Shown one piece after another: positions 1 through 8,809 of a stretch of 64,000 nt of DNA (within the stretch, counting starts at the first letter, position 1; the number at the start of each line of letters is the position of its first letter). The stretch comes from Kineosporiaceae bacterium (lineage in GTDB: Bacteria > Actinomycetota > Actinomycetes > Actinomycetales > Kineosporiaceae): NCBI GenBank assembly GCA_016713225.1, contig JADJPO010000002.1, positions 107,844-171,843 of the forward strand, given 5' to 3'. A program made the translations under genes and the position numbers. The notes under the pieces are model-generated. The model ran no database searches, was not told the origin of the DNA, and saw only the letters and a program-made list of their open reading frames with translations.

Positions 1-46
1 TCGGCTGGTCGACCTGCCGTGACCGGGAGAGCGAACGGATGGTGCG

Positions 47-1027
47 ATGACGATCACCCAGACGCACGTCAGGGAACACGAGGCCGACCTCGTGGTGCGT
101 GACCGGCGTGAGGTGGCCGACGGCGTCGTCGCGCTCACCCTGGCCGCACCGGACGCCACCGCCCTGCCGGACTGGACGCCCGGGGCGCACATCGACCTGG
201 TCCTCACCGACGAGCTGACCCGGCAGTACTCCCTGTGCGGCAGCCCGTCGGACGCCACCACCTGGCGCGTCGCCGTGCTGCGCGACCCCGCCGGTCAGGG
301 TGGGTCGATCCACGTCCACGATCATCTCGCGCAGGGCGCGACGGTGCGGGTGAGGGGACCACGCAACCACTTCGCGTTGGCCGCCGCGCCGCGGTACATC
401 TTCATCGCCGGCGGCATCGGCATCACCCCGATGCTGCCCATGCTGGAAGCCGCCCAGGCGGCCGGTGCCGACTGGCACCTCTTTTACGGCGGTCGCAGCC
501 GGGCCTCGATGGCGTTCGTCGACGAGCTCGCCGCTCACCCGGGCGGTGCCGACCGGGTCACCCTGGTGCCCCAGGACGAAGCCGGGCTGCTCGACCTGGC
601 CACCATCCTGGGCACCCCGGCGCCCGACACGCTGGTCTACTGCTGCGGTCCCGAACCGCTGCTCGCCGCGGTCGAGGATCGGTGCGCCGCGTGGCCGGCC
701 GGGGCGCTTCACCTCGAGCGGTTCGGCGCCAAGCCGGTCGTGGCGGCCGAGGGCGGCGACAGCGCATTCGAGGTGGTGCTGCAGCGCTCGGGGATCACCG
801 TGCCGGTGGCGGCCGACACCTCGATCTTCGACGCCGTCCGGGCGGCCGGGGTGAGCGTGCTCGGCTCGTGCCTGAAAGGCGTCTGCGGCACCTGCGAGAC
901 CGGCGTCCTGGATGGGGCGGTCGACCACCGCGACTCGGTGCTCAGCGCCGAGGAGCAGGAGGAGAACGAGTACATGATGATCTGCGTCTCGCGCTGTCGC
1001 GGCGAGCGCCTGACGCTGGACCTGTGA
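47..1027 (+). CDS. Oxygenase reductase component, phthalate-dioxygenase-reductase/VanB type (flavin + NAD(P)H domains with C-terminal plant-type 2Fe-2S ferredoxin)
   Basis: 326-aa ORF with GC-rich third positions. It has the RQYSLCG flavin-site-like motif, GGIGITP nucleotide-binding motif and C-terminal cluster motif CLKGVCGTCET. Its stop overlaps an in-frame ATG of the next ORF (TGATG at 1025-1029). Confidence 0.85.
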   Translation: MTITQTHVREHEADLVVRDRREVADGVVALTLAAPDATALPDWTPGAHIDLVLTDELTRQYSLCGSPSDATTWRVAVLRDPAGQGGSIHVHDHLAQGATVRVRGPRNHFALAAAPRYIFIAGGIGITPMLPMLEAAQAAGADWHLFYGGRSRASMAFVDELAAHPGGADRVTLVPQDEAGLLDLATILGTPAPDTLVYCCGPEPLLAAVEDRCAAWPAGALHLERFGAKPVVAAEGGDSAFEVVLQRSGITVPVAADTSIFDAVRAAGVSVLGSCLKGVCGTCETGVLDGAVDHRDSVLSAEEQEENEYMMICVSRCRGERLTLDL

Positions 1028-1065
1028 TGGCACCGGACGTGGGAAGACGTGGGAAAGGGACCGCG

Positions 1066-2082
1066 ATGACTGCTCCTCGCCAGGCCTGGTACGCCGCCGC
1101 CTCGTCGGACGATGTCAGCCGGGTGCCGATCGGACGCCGCGTGCTCGGCGAGTCCGTGGTGTTGTTCCGCACCACGACGGGCTCGGTCGTGGCACTCGAG
1201 GACCGCTGCGCCCACCGCCCGTACCCGCTGAGTCTGGGCCGGCTGGACGGCGACCTGATCGTCTCGGGTTATACCGGCTTCGCCTACGCCCCGGACGGCG
1301 CGTGCGTGCGCGTGCCGACGCAGCAGCACGTGCCGGTGGGGGCGCGGGTGCGTGCCTTCCCGGTCCACGACGACGGCGCGTTCGTCTGGGTCTGGGTCGG
1401 CACGCCCGAGTCGGCGGCGTTGCGTCCGGCACCGCAGGCGCCGTGGCTGACCTCGCCGGAGTGGGCCAGCTTCGGGCAGGAGTGGCAGACCGCCGCGGGC
1501 ATCGAGGTGTTGCAGGACAACTTCGCCGACATCAGCCACGTTGCCGTGGTCGACGAGTACATCGCCCCGCCGGTGCTGTCCGCGGCCACCCCGCCGCCAC
1601 TCGAGGTCGAGGTCAGTGAGACCTCGGTGCGGTTCTGGCGCAGCTTCGACCCGGCGCCGCTGGCGGCCTGGCACGCCCGGGCGTTGGGCCTGCCGGTCGA
1701 GGCCCGTCACGAGCAGCGCGAGGAGGGACGGTTCGTCTCGCCGGGGTTGTGGGTCGACCGCTGGGACGTGCTGCCCGACGGCGGCTCGGGGCAGGCACTG
1801 ACCTTCGTGTTCACCCATGCGCTGACCCCGGTCGACGACCGAACGACACGCCACGCCTGGCGGGTGAGCCGCAATGCCGCCCTCGACGAGGCCACCAGCG
1901 CCACCCTGCTGCCGATCTTCGAGCGGTACTACCGCAGTGTGCAGTTGATCCTCGAGACCCTGCAGCAGGTGGTCGACCGGGACGGCGCCCGGCCGGACGT
2001 CAACGTCACGGCCGATGCCGCGGGCATGGCGGTCCGCAAGATCATGCGCCGGCTGGTGGCCGACGAGGCACTGCGCGGCTGA
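1066..2082 (+). CDS. VanA-like Rieske-type oxygenase homologue (terminal oxygenase partner of the preceding reductase) with non-canonical metal ligands
   Basis: ATG 1066 is preceded by GGGAAAGGGA; an alternative coupled ATG lies at 1027. The N-terminal Rieske-fold signature DRCAHRPYPLSLG is present, but the second ligand pair reads VSGYTGF. The catalytic-domain motif reads DNFADISHVAVVD. The first ~830 nt of track ORF 235..2082 is read-through overlapping the reductase gene. Confidence 0.8.
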   Translation: MTAPRQAWYAAASSDDVSRVPIGRRVLGESVVLFRTTTGSVVALEDRCAHRPYPLSLGRLDGDLIVSGYTGFAYAPDGACVRVPTQQHVPVGARVRAFPVHDDGAFVWVWVGTPESAALRPAPQAPWLTSPEWASFGQEWQTAAGIEVLQDNFADISHVAVVDEYIAPPVLSAATPPPLEVEVSETSVRFWRSFDPAPLAAWHARALGLPVEARHEQREEGRFVSPGLWVDRWDVLPDGGSGQALTFVFTHALTPVDDRTTRHAWRVSRNAALDEATSATLLPIFERYYRSVQLILETLQQVVDRDGARPDVNVTADAAGMAVRKIMRRLVADEALRG

Positions 2083-2154
2083 GTCCGCACCACACGACAG
2101 CGGGTGGTCCACCGAACTCGGTGGGCCACCCGCCGTGGGTTCTGGCTTCGGTGA

Positions 2155-3663
2155 TCAGTCCAGCGGGGCGTCGGAGAAGATCTCCTCGCCGCGGTGGCGT
2201 CCCATCGAGGCGTAGCGCTCCGGCGACAGGCTGCGCAAGCGCAGCGCCAGCAACAGGCCGACCGCGGCAGCCGCCGGGATCAGTGCGGGCAGCTGCCAGC
2301 GCAACGGGCTCGCCGGATCACCGATCAGGTTGCCGAACTCGGACGCCGCGTACCCGGCCACCCAGACCAGGGCCAGGCCGGACACCAGCGGCGCCACCAG
2401 GGTGCGGGCGAGGTTGGTGTCCAGTTCGCGGTGCCGGCGGAAGAAGGCCACCACGGCGAACGAGGCCAGGGCCATCAGCACCAGGATCGCCAGGGTGCCC
2501 AGCTGGGTCAGCCAGGTGAACAGGGCCAGGACCGGGTTCTTGTCGGTGATCACGAACAGCAGGACGACGACCAGCGCCAGCGCGCTCTGACTCACCGAGC
2601 CCTTGTGTGGGCTGAGGTGGATCTTGTGCGTGTGCCCCAGCGGAGTGGGCAGGATGCCCTCGCGACCGAGCGCGTACAGGTAGCGGGCCACCGCGTTGTG
2701 AAACGCGAGCAGGGCCGCGAACACGCTGGTCGCGAACAGCAGTGTCATCGCGGTGGTGGCAGCCGAGCCCAGGTAGGTGCCCGAGATCTCGAAGAGGAAC
2801 GCCGTGGGGTCCGGCTTCAGGCCGCCGATGTGGTCGACCAGGCCGTCGGCCCCCTGGGCGTTGACCATCAGCCAGGTGGTCACGGTGTAGAAGAGCCCGA
2901 TGGTCAGCACCGCCACGTAGGTGGCCCGGGGCACGGTGCGCTGCGGTTCGCGGGCCTCCTCGCTGTAGATCGTGGTGGCCTCGAATCCGATGAACGAGGC
3001 GCTGTTGAACAGCAGGGCGATGGCCAGGGAGCCCGAGGTGAGGGCGCTGGGGCTGAAGGCGCTCAGGCTGAGCCCGGTCGAACCGCCCTGCCCGCCGTTG
3101 ATGACGATGGCGAGGTCGAGCAGCAGCACGATCAGGAACTCGGCGGCCACCAGGACGCCGAGCACCTTGAGCGACAGGTCGACCTGCCGATAGCCCAGGA
3201 CGGCGATCACGGCAATGGCGGTCAGCACGTAGACCCACCAGGCGAGGTCGACGCCGAACTGGTCCGACATGAATCCGGCCGTGGCCGCCCCGAACAGTCC
3301 GTAGAGGCCGATCTGCATGGCGTTGTAGCCGAGGACGGCGATGATCGCCGAGGCGCCCCCGAGTGGCTGGCGTAGACCCCTGGTGACGTAGCTGTAGAAC
3401 GCCCCGGTGCTGGTGTGATGACGCGCCATCGTGGTGTAGCCGACCGCGAAGAGCAGCAGCAGCAGGCTCACGATGACGTAGGCGAACGGCACGCCGGCGC
3501 CGTTGCCGAGCAGCATCGCCACCGGCGCGCCGCCGGCCATGGCGGTCAGCGGTGCCGCCGCAGAGATCACGAAGAAGGCGATGCCGACCACCCCCAGCGA
3601 TCCGCGGCGGAGTTGGTGCTCGGCGGTCGAGGCGCCGGTGGCCTCGGGGCGTTCAGCACTCAC
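2155..3663 (-). CDS. APC-superfamily amino acid/amine permease
   Basis: 502-aa ORF with about 12 hydrophobic segments and typical APC N-terminus (LRRGSLGVVGIAFFVISAAAPLTAMAGG). GTG start at 3663 is preceded by AGGAGA. Confidence 0.9.
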   Translation of the reverse strand: MSAERPEATGASTAEHQLRRGSLGVVGIAFFVISAAAPLTAMAGGAPVAMLLGNGAGVPFAYVIVSLLLLLFAVGYTTMARHHTSTGAFYSYVTRGLRQPLGGASAIIAVLGYNAMQIGLYGLFGAATAGFMSDQFGVDLAWWVYVLTAIAVIAVLGYRQVDLSLKVLGVLVAAEFLIVLLLDLAIVINGGQGGSTGLSLSAFSPSALTSGSLAIALLFNSASFIGFEATTIYSEEAREPQRTVPRATYVAVLTIGLFYTVTTWLMVNAQGADGLVDHIGGLKPDPTAFLFEISGTYLGSAATTAMTLLFATSVFAALLAFHNAVARYLYALGREGILPTPLGHTHKIHLSPHKGSVSQSALALVVVLLFVITDKNPVLALFTWLTQLGTLAILVLMALASFAVVAFFRRHRELDTNLARTLVAPLVSGLALVWVAGYAASEFGNLIGDPASPLRWQLPALIPAAAAVGLLLALRLRSLSPERYASMGRHRGEEIFSDAPLD

Positions 3664-3684
3664 AGGTATCTCCTGTCACGAGGA

Positions 3685-3708
3685 ATATCGTTTGGAAGCG
3701 AACGATAT
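3685..3708. promoter_or_regulatory. Operator-like palindrome ATATCGTTTGGAAGCGAACGATAT (site 1 of a motif found three times in the window)
   Basis: Perfect 8-bp arms ATATCGTT/AACGATAT with an 8-bp centre, about 20 nt upstream of the permease start in the permease/ALDH divergent intergenic region. Confidence 0.5.
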
Positions 3709-3781
3709 GACGAAGTGACCCAGGACACAAGGGGAAGCCCATCGCGCGGATCGAGCCCTTGACCCCACCGACGCATGGGAC

Positions 3782-3805
3782 ATACCGTTTGGCCCCGAAC
3801 GATTT
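3782..3805. promoter_or_regulatory. Operator-like site 2, ATACCGTTTGGCCCCGAACGATTT
   Basis: Same CGTTTGG-N3-CGAACGAT core as site 1, in the same intergenic region about 150 nt upstream of the ALDH start. Confidence 0.45.
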
Positions 3806-3956
3806 GCCGGATGGTCCCGGCCAGACCCACCATGCAGCACTGGTTGGGTCGGTAGATCCCAGAGTCGAGGCGGTGACCCGTTTGCAGCACCCGGTGGATG
3901 GCACGGTGGATGGCACGGTCGATGTTCCTGGCGCCTTCACGGTCGAGGTCGAGGGC

Positions 3957-5419
3957 GTGCCGGTCGACGTCCGGCACTGGATCGGCGGACGGCGCGTGGC
4001 CACCGAGGCCACCTTCGCCGACATCTCCCCGATCGACGAGGCCGAGATCGCGCAGGTCTGCGCCGGCGGTCAGGCCGAGGTGGACGCCGCGGTCGCCGCG
4101 GCTCGTGAAGCCTTCCCGGCCTGGGCAGCGCTGCCGGTGGCCGAGCGCTCGGCCATCCTGCGCCGGGTGGCCGAGGGCGTCGAGGCCCGGGTGGAGGACT
4201 TGTCCCGGGTGGAGACCCGAGACAACGGGTCGCTGATCCGCAGCCACCGCCGCGGCGTCATGCCACGGGTGGCGATGAACTTCCGCTACTTCGCCGACTT
4301 CGCCGAGCACGAGCTGGCCCACCCCGAGATGGAGGTGCGCGGCCACCGCGAGCGGATCAGCTACGACCCGGCCGGCGTCGTCGCGATCATCACGCCGTGG
4401 AACGCCCCGCTGATGCTGGCCACCTGGCGCATCGGTCCGGCGCTCGCTGCCGGCAACACCGTCGTGCTCAAGCCCCCGGAGTGGGCGCCGCTGACCGCCA
4501 GCCTGCTCGCCGACATCATGGCCGAGGCCGGTGTGCCGGCCGGGGTGTTCAACGTCGTCCAGGGCACCGGAGCGCAGGCCGGAGCACCACTGACCCGCCA
4601 CCCCGGCATCAACCGGCTGAGCTTCACCGGCTCGGTGCCGACCGCGGGTGTGATCGCCGCCGCGGCGGCGCCGAACATCGTGCCGCTGTCGTTCGAGCTG
4701 GGCGGCAAGTCGCCGCTGGTGGTCTTCGAGGACAGTGACCTCGATCTGGCGGTCGACCTGGCGGTCGAGCAGTTCGACAACGCCGGCCAGGTCTGCTTGG
4801 GCGCGTTCCGGATCCTGGTGCACGAATCGATCCACGACACCTTCCTCGAGAAGGTGGTCGCCAAGGCGCGCACCATCACCCAGGGCGATCCGCGCGACGA
4901 GGCGACCGACATCTCGGCCCTGGTCTCGCGCCCGCACTTCGAGAAGGTGTGCGGCTTCGTCGAACGCGCGGTCGCGGACGGCGCGCGCGTCGTCCTGGGG
5001 GTGGGCCGAACACCGAACTGGGCGGGCTCTACTTCAGCCCGACGATCCTGACCGGGGCTACGCCCGGGTGCGAGATCCTCACCGAGGAGGTCTTCGGGCC
5101 GGTGCTGACGGTGCAGACCTTCAGCGATGAGGCCGAGGCCATCGCGCTGGCCAACAACACCCGGTTCGGGCTGGCGGCCACCATGGTCACCGGTGATCCC
5201 GAACGCGCCGAGCGGGTTTCGGCCCAGCTCAATGCGGGCACGGTCTGGGTGAACTGCTTCTTCGTCCGTGATCTCGGGGCGCCGTTCGGCGGCAATGGCA
5301 CGTCCGGTATCGGACGTGAGGGTGGCATCTGGTCGTTCGACTTCTACACCGACATCAAGAACACCGTGTTCGCCCCGCGCGGGTGGACTGCGTCCGTTGA
5401 GACAGGTCAGGAGAGCTGA
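3957..5419 (+). pseudogene. hpaE: NAD-dependent aldehyde dehydrogenase, HpaE-like (5-carboxymethyl-2-hydroxymuconate semialdehyde dehydrogenase type), split by a 1-nt frameshift
   Basis: Two track ORFs (3759..5051 and 4949..5419) together give a full-length ALDH: HWIGG near the N-terminus, FELGGKSP, VCLGAFR catalytic Cys region, EEVFGPV, PFGGNGTSGIGREGG. The frames switch in the G5 run at 4997-5001, and one extra G restores VVLGGGPNTELGGLYF. The start is uncertain; GTG 3957 was chosen because it lies just before HWIGG. Confidence 0.75.
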
Positions 5420-5420
5420 G

Positions 5421-6446
5421 ATGGGTGAAGTGGTGGGGGCGGGCCTGCTGGCCCACGTCCCGACGATCATGTTGCCCGAGGCGGTTCGGCACGAGCTGTA
5501 CGGGCCGGGGGACACCACGCTGGTGCAGGGGCTGTACGACCTGCGCCGCGAGGTCTTCGAGACCCTCGACTACGACACCGTCGTGGTGCTCGACTCGCAC
5601 TGGTTCACCACGGTCGAGTTCGTGGTCACCGCGCAGGACCGGCGGGCGGGCCTGTTCACCGCCGAGGAACTGCCGCGCGGCATGTGCCGGGTGCCCTACG
5701 ACTGGCGCGGTGACCCCGAGCTGGCGCACGCCCATGCCGCCGCGGCCGATGCCCACGGCACCTGGATCACGGCGAACGACGACCCGTACCTGCCGATGTA
5801 CTACCCGATGCTGAACATGTGGAAGTTCCTCGGTGAGGGAGTGGGCGCTTCCGGATCGGGCCTGGGCGAGGGGCTGGACCCGGGCCGCGACAAGCGCTGG
5901 ATCGCCGTCTCGGTGGCCCAGACCGGCGACCGGGAGGACTTCCTGCGCGCCGGCCGGGCGCTCGGCGATGCCATCGCCGCCACCGACCGCAAGGTCATCC
6001 TGATCGCCTCCGGCGCGCTGTCGCACACGTTCTGGAAGCTGCGTCAGTTGCGCGATCACGAGGCCGCCGCGCCGGAACACATCCACACCCCCGAGGCCTA
6101 CCAGGCCGACCTGCAGCGCCTGGAGTGGTTCGCCGCCGGCGACCACGCCCGGGTGCTGGCCACCATGGACGAGTTCATGCCCTACCGGCCCGAGGCGATG
6201 TTCGCCCACTACCTGATGATGGCCGGAGCGCTCGGTGAGTCCGACCTGACCGCGCCCTCGCGGCAGTACGGCGAGTACGAGAACTCGATCGGCACCGGGC
6301 AGGTGCACCTGTGGTTCGACCGGCCCGAGGGCGGCTTCCCCCGTCCACACCGCACCGAGATCGACGCCGACACCCTGCGCCAGAAGGCTGCACTGTCCGG
6401 CACCGACCCGGCCGCCCCCACCGTCGACCTCCCCGCCGCCGGCTGA
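5421..6446 (+). CDS. hpaD: Class III (LigB-type) extradiol dioxygenase, homoprotocatechuate 2,3-dioxygenase-like
   Basis: ATG 5421 lies 1 nt after the ALDH stop and is preceded by CAGGAGAG. Motifs LAHVPTIM, VVLDSHW, IASGALSH and IGTGQV match the HpaD/HpcB pattern as I recall it. The upstream part of track ORF 5268..6446 overlaps the ALDH gene. Confidence 0.85.
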   Translation: MGEVVGAGLLAHVPTIMLPEAVRHELYGPGDTTLVQGLYDLRREVFETLDYDTVVVLDSHWFTTVEFVVTAQDRRAGLFTAEELPRGMCRVPYDWRGDPELAHAHAAAADAHGTWITANDDPYLPMYYPMLNMWKFLGEGVGASGSGLGEGLDPGRDKRWIAVSVAQTGDREDFLRAGRALGDAIAATDRKVILIASGALSHTFWKLRQLRDHEAAAPEHIHTPEAYQADLQRLEWFAAGDHARVLATMDEFMPYRPEAMFAHYLMMAGALGESDLTAPSRQYGEYENSIGTGQVHLWFDRPEGGFPRPHRTEIDADTLRQKAALSGTDPAAPTVDLPAAG

Positions 6447-6460
6447 TCCCCCCACCCTCG

Positions 6461-6548
6461 GTGATCATGCAATCCGTGCACAATTGGCCCGTGATCATGC
6501 AATCGCTGCACACTCGCAGCCGGGCTTGGGCACGGATTGCCTGATCAC
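6461..6548. repeat. Three copies of a ~20-bp motif GTGATCA(T/G)GCAATC(C/G)(G/C)TGC (two direct, one inverted) in the dioxygenase/FAH intergenic region
   Basis: R1 at 6461-6482 is gtgatcatgcaatccgtgcaca. R2 at 6491-6512 is gtgatcatgcaatcgctgcaca. R3 at 6530-6548 is the reverse complement gtgatcaggcaatccgtgc. Confidence 0.7.
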
Positions 6549-6580
6549 GAAGGCCTTGTCGATCCAAAGGAGTTCGTCCG

Positions 6581-7444
6581 TTGAGTCAGCTGCGTGAGTA
6601 CCGCCGGATCCTGCTGGACGGCAATGCCGTGGACGTCGTCCGGGACGGCGAGTCGCTGCGGGCCGGTGACGGTCGCGAGGTGGCGATCGCGGACGCCGTC
6701 CACCTGCCGCCGGTGACGCCGTCCAAGATCGTCTGTGTGCACCTGAACTACATCTCCCGGGTGACCGAGATGATGACGTCGCTGCCGCCGGCGCCGACCT
6801 ACTTCCACAAGCCGGTCTCGGCGCTCAACGCGCACGAGAGCGCCGTCGTCCGGCCCGAGGGCTGCACGTGGCTCAACTACGAGGGCGAGATCGTCATCGT
6901 GATCGGGCGCACCTGCCGCAACATCTCCCCGGCCGAGGCGGGCGACTACATCCGCGGCTACACGGTCGGCAACGACTACGGCCTGCACGACTTCCGCGAC
7001 ACCGACTCCGGCTCGATGCTGCGGGTCAAGGGCGCCGACACCCTGGCGCCGGTCGGCCCCGGCATCGTCGAGGGCTGGGACTTCCGCGGCAAGGGCATCC
7101 AGACCCGGGTCAACGGGGTGGTGAAGCAGGACGGCACCACCGACGAGATGGAGTGGGACATGCACTACCTCGTCGCCGACATCGCCCGCACCATCACGCT
7201 GCAGCCCGGCGACCTGCTGTTCAGCGGCACCCCGGCGATCTCGCGCACGGTCTACCCCGGCGACGTGGTCGAGGTGGAGGTCGAGGGCCTGGGCACCCTG
7301 CGCAACCACATCATCACCGGCCCGACGCCGATCCGCACCGACGTCGGCGCCCAGCCGACCGAGAGCGAAGAGGTGCTCTCGACCGCGCAGGGCGGCGACT
7401 GGGAGTTCCGCGGCATCCGCAAGCCCAAGCCCCCGGCGCACTGA
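6581..7444 (+). CDS. Fumarylacetoacetate hydrolase (FAH) family enzyme, HpaG-like isomerase/decarboxylase or hydratase
   Basis: 287-aa ORF with a TTG start preceded by AAAGGAG. It shows FAH-family blocks KIVCVHLNY, YEGEIVIVIG, GYTVGNDY and PGDLLFSGTP, and sits directly after the ALDH and extradiol dioxygenase genes. Confidence 0.85.
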   Translation: MSQLREYRRILLDGNAVDVVRDGESLRAGDGREVAIADAVHLPPVTPSKIVCVHLNYISRVTEMMTSLPPAPTYFHKPVSALNAHESAVVRPEGCTWLNYEGEIVIVIGRTCRNISPAEAGDYIRGYTVGNDYGLHDFRDTDSGSMLRVKGADTLAPVGPGIVEGWDFRGKGIQTRVNGVVKQDGTTDEMEWDMHYLVADIARTITLQPGDLLFSGTPAISRTVYPGDVVEVEVEGLGTLRNHIITGPTPIRTDVGAQPTESEEVLSTAQGGDWEFRGIRKPKPPAH

Positions 7445-8722
7445 GTGCTCCGGCTGCGCCGGGCGGTGCTGGACGACGTCCCGCTGCTCACCGACTGGAA
7501 CCGCCAACCGCACGTGCTCGCCGCGCTGAACAACGACGAGCCCTATGACTGGACGGTGGAGCTCACCGAGGCCGATGCGTTCACCGAGCACGTGATCGCC
7601 GAGGACGACGGCCGCCCGGTCGGTTACCTGGCGATCATCGACCCGGCGCGTGAGCACACCCACTACTGGGGTGAGGTCGAGCCCGACCAACGGGCGCTCG
7701 ACATCTGGATCGGCGAACCGGCGGACCTGGGCCGAGGGCTGGGCACACAGATGATGCGCTCGGCGCTGGCGCGGTGCTTCGCCGCGCCCGAGGTGACCGG
7801 GGTGCTGCTGGATCCGCTGACCGTCAATGTCGACGCCCGCCGGTTCTACGCCCGGCTCGGCTTCGTCGAGATCGGACCGCGCCGGTTCGGCGAGGATGAC
7901 TGCACGGTGTACCGAATCGACCGGACGACCTGGGAGCATCGCGCGGACGCCGCCAAGGTCGAGGCCGGCGCCTGGTCGGGTGCGCGCCGTCCGGTGATCG
8001 CCATTCCGGCTCGGTTCTCGCAGTCGGCCGCGGCACTGCGTTACCGCGCGGAGGTCGGCGCCGAGGCGCTGATCACGGCGGTGTTCGCGGCCGGGGGAGA
8101 ACCGGTACTGATCCATCCGCATGCCCCGGGCGGCCGGGTCGACCACGGCGCGGTGCGCGAGCGGATCGCGAGGGCGGACGGCGTCCTGCTACCCGGTGGT
8201 GGGGACCTGTCGGCCCGGTGGTACGGCGCCGGCGAGCACGATCGGCTCTACGACGTCGACGAGGAACAGGACGCCTTCGACCTGGCGCTGGCCCGGGTCT
8301 GCCTGAACGACGGCATCCCGCTGCTGGCGATCTGCCGTGGTCTGCAGGTGGTCACCGTGGCCCTCGGTGGCACGCTGGTACAACACCTGGGAGATCTTCC
8401 GGACGCGGCCAGGGCCGATCACCGTCACCACGTGCACACGGTGGACGTCGAGGCGGATTCCGTTCTGGCCGAAGTGGTCCCGAATCAGCGGATCGAGATC
8501 TCGTGCTACCACCACCAGTGTGTCGACGCCCCCGGCGAGGGCATGGTGGTGATCGCCCGGGCCGAGGACGGCATCCCCGAGGCGTACGCGCTGCCCGCGG
8601 CGTCCGGCTGGTTCCTGGGCGTCCAGTGGCACCCCGAGGACACCGCACGCGAGAACCCTGACCAGGCGGCGATCTTCGCCGCGCACGTGCGCGCCGCAGC
8701 GGCCCGCGGCGTCCGGGCGTGA
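7445..8722 (+). CDS. Fusion protein: N-terminal GNAT acetyltransferase + C-terminal class-I glutamine amidotransferase-like gamma-glutamyl hydrolase (peptidase C26, PuuD-like)
   Basis: The GTG start abuts the FAH stop (TGAGTG). The N-terminal ~165 aa carry a GNAT pattern (GRGLGTQMM, ARRFYARLGF). The C-terminal ~250 aa carry LLAICRGLQV (nucleophile Cys) and GVQWHPE (His). Confidence 0.8.
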   Translation: MLRLRRAVLDDVPLLTDWNRQPHVLAALNNDEPYDWTVELTEADAFTEHVIAEDDGRPVGYLAIIDPAREHTHYWGEVEPDQRALDIWIGEPADLGRGLGTQMMRSALARCFAAPEVTGVLLDPLTVNVDARRFYARLGFVEIGPRRFGEDDCTVYRIDRTTWEHRADAAKVEAGAWSGARRPVIAIPARFSQSAAALRYRAEVGAEALITAVFAAGGEPVLIHPHAPGGRVDHGAVRERIARADGVLLPGGGDLSARWYGAGEHDRLYDVDEEQDAFDLALARVCLNDGIPLLAICRGLQVVTVALGGTLVQHLGDLPDAARADHRHHVHTVDVEADSVLAEVVPNQRIEISCYHHQCVDAPGEGMVVIARAEDGIPEAYALPAASGWFLGVQWHPEDTARENPDQAAIFAAHVRAAAARGVRA

Positions 8723-8809
8723 TGCGCCGCGGCCACTCTCGTCGTCCGGCTCGGCCCGGTCGGCGCACCGCCGCACAATTCGTTGGACGCGGCTGAGAGA
8801 CTGCACCTC

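Noticed and set aside
235-1065. The 5' two fifths of the 615-aa track ORF 235..2082, which would make a giant protein overlapping the reductase gene
   Set aside because: The translation here is Arg/Pro/Gly-rich low-complexity sequence, typical of an off-frame reading of GC-rich coding DNA. It fully overlaps the well-supported reductase CDS. The recognisable Rieske-type sequence only begins after ATG 1066 (or 1027).
709-2112. 467-aa antisense ORF across the reductase/oxygenase genes. Similar long antisense or off-frame ORFs occur at 6545..8146, 8189..9940, 18884..20872, 22326..23912, 47482..50013 and 53933..54865.
   Set aside because: All lie opposite or out of frame to genes with clear family motifs. 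Their products are Arg/Gly/Pro/Asp-rich with no motifs. Long spurious ORFs are expected at about 70% GC because stop codons are rare.
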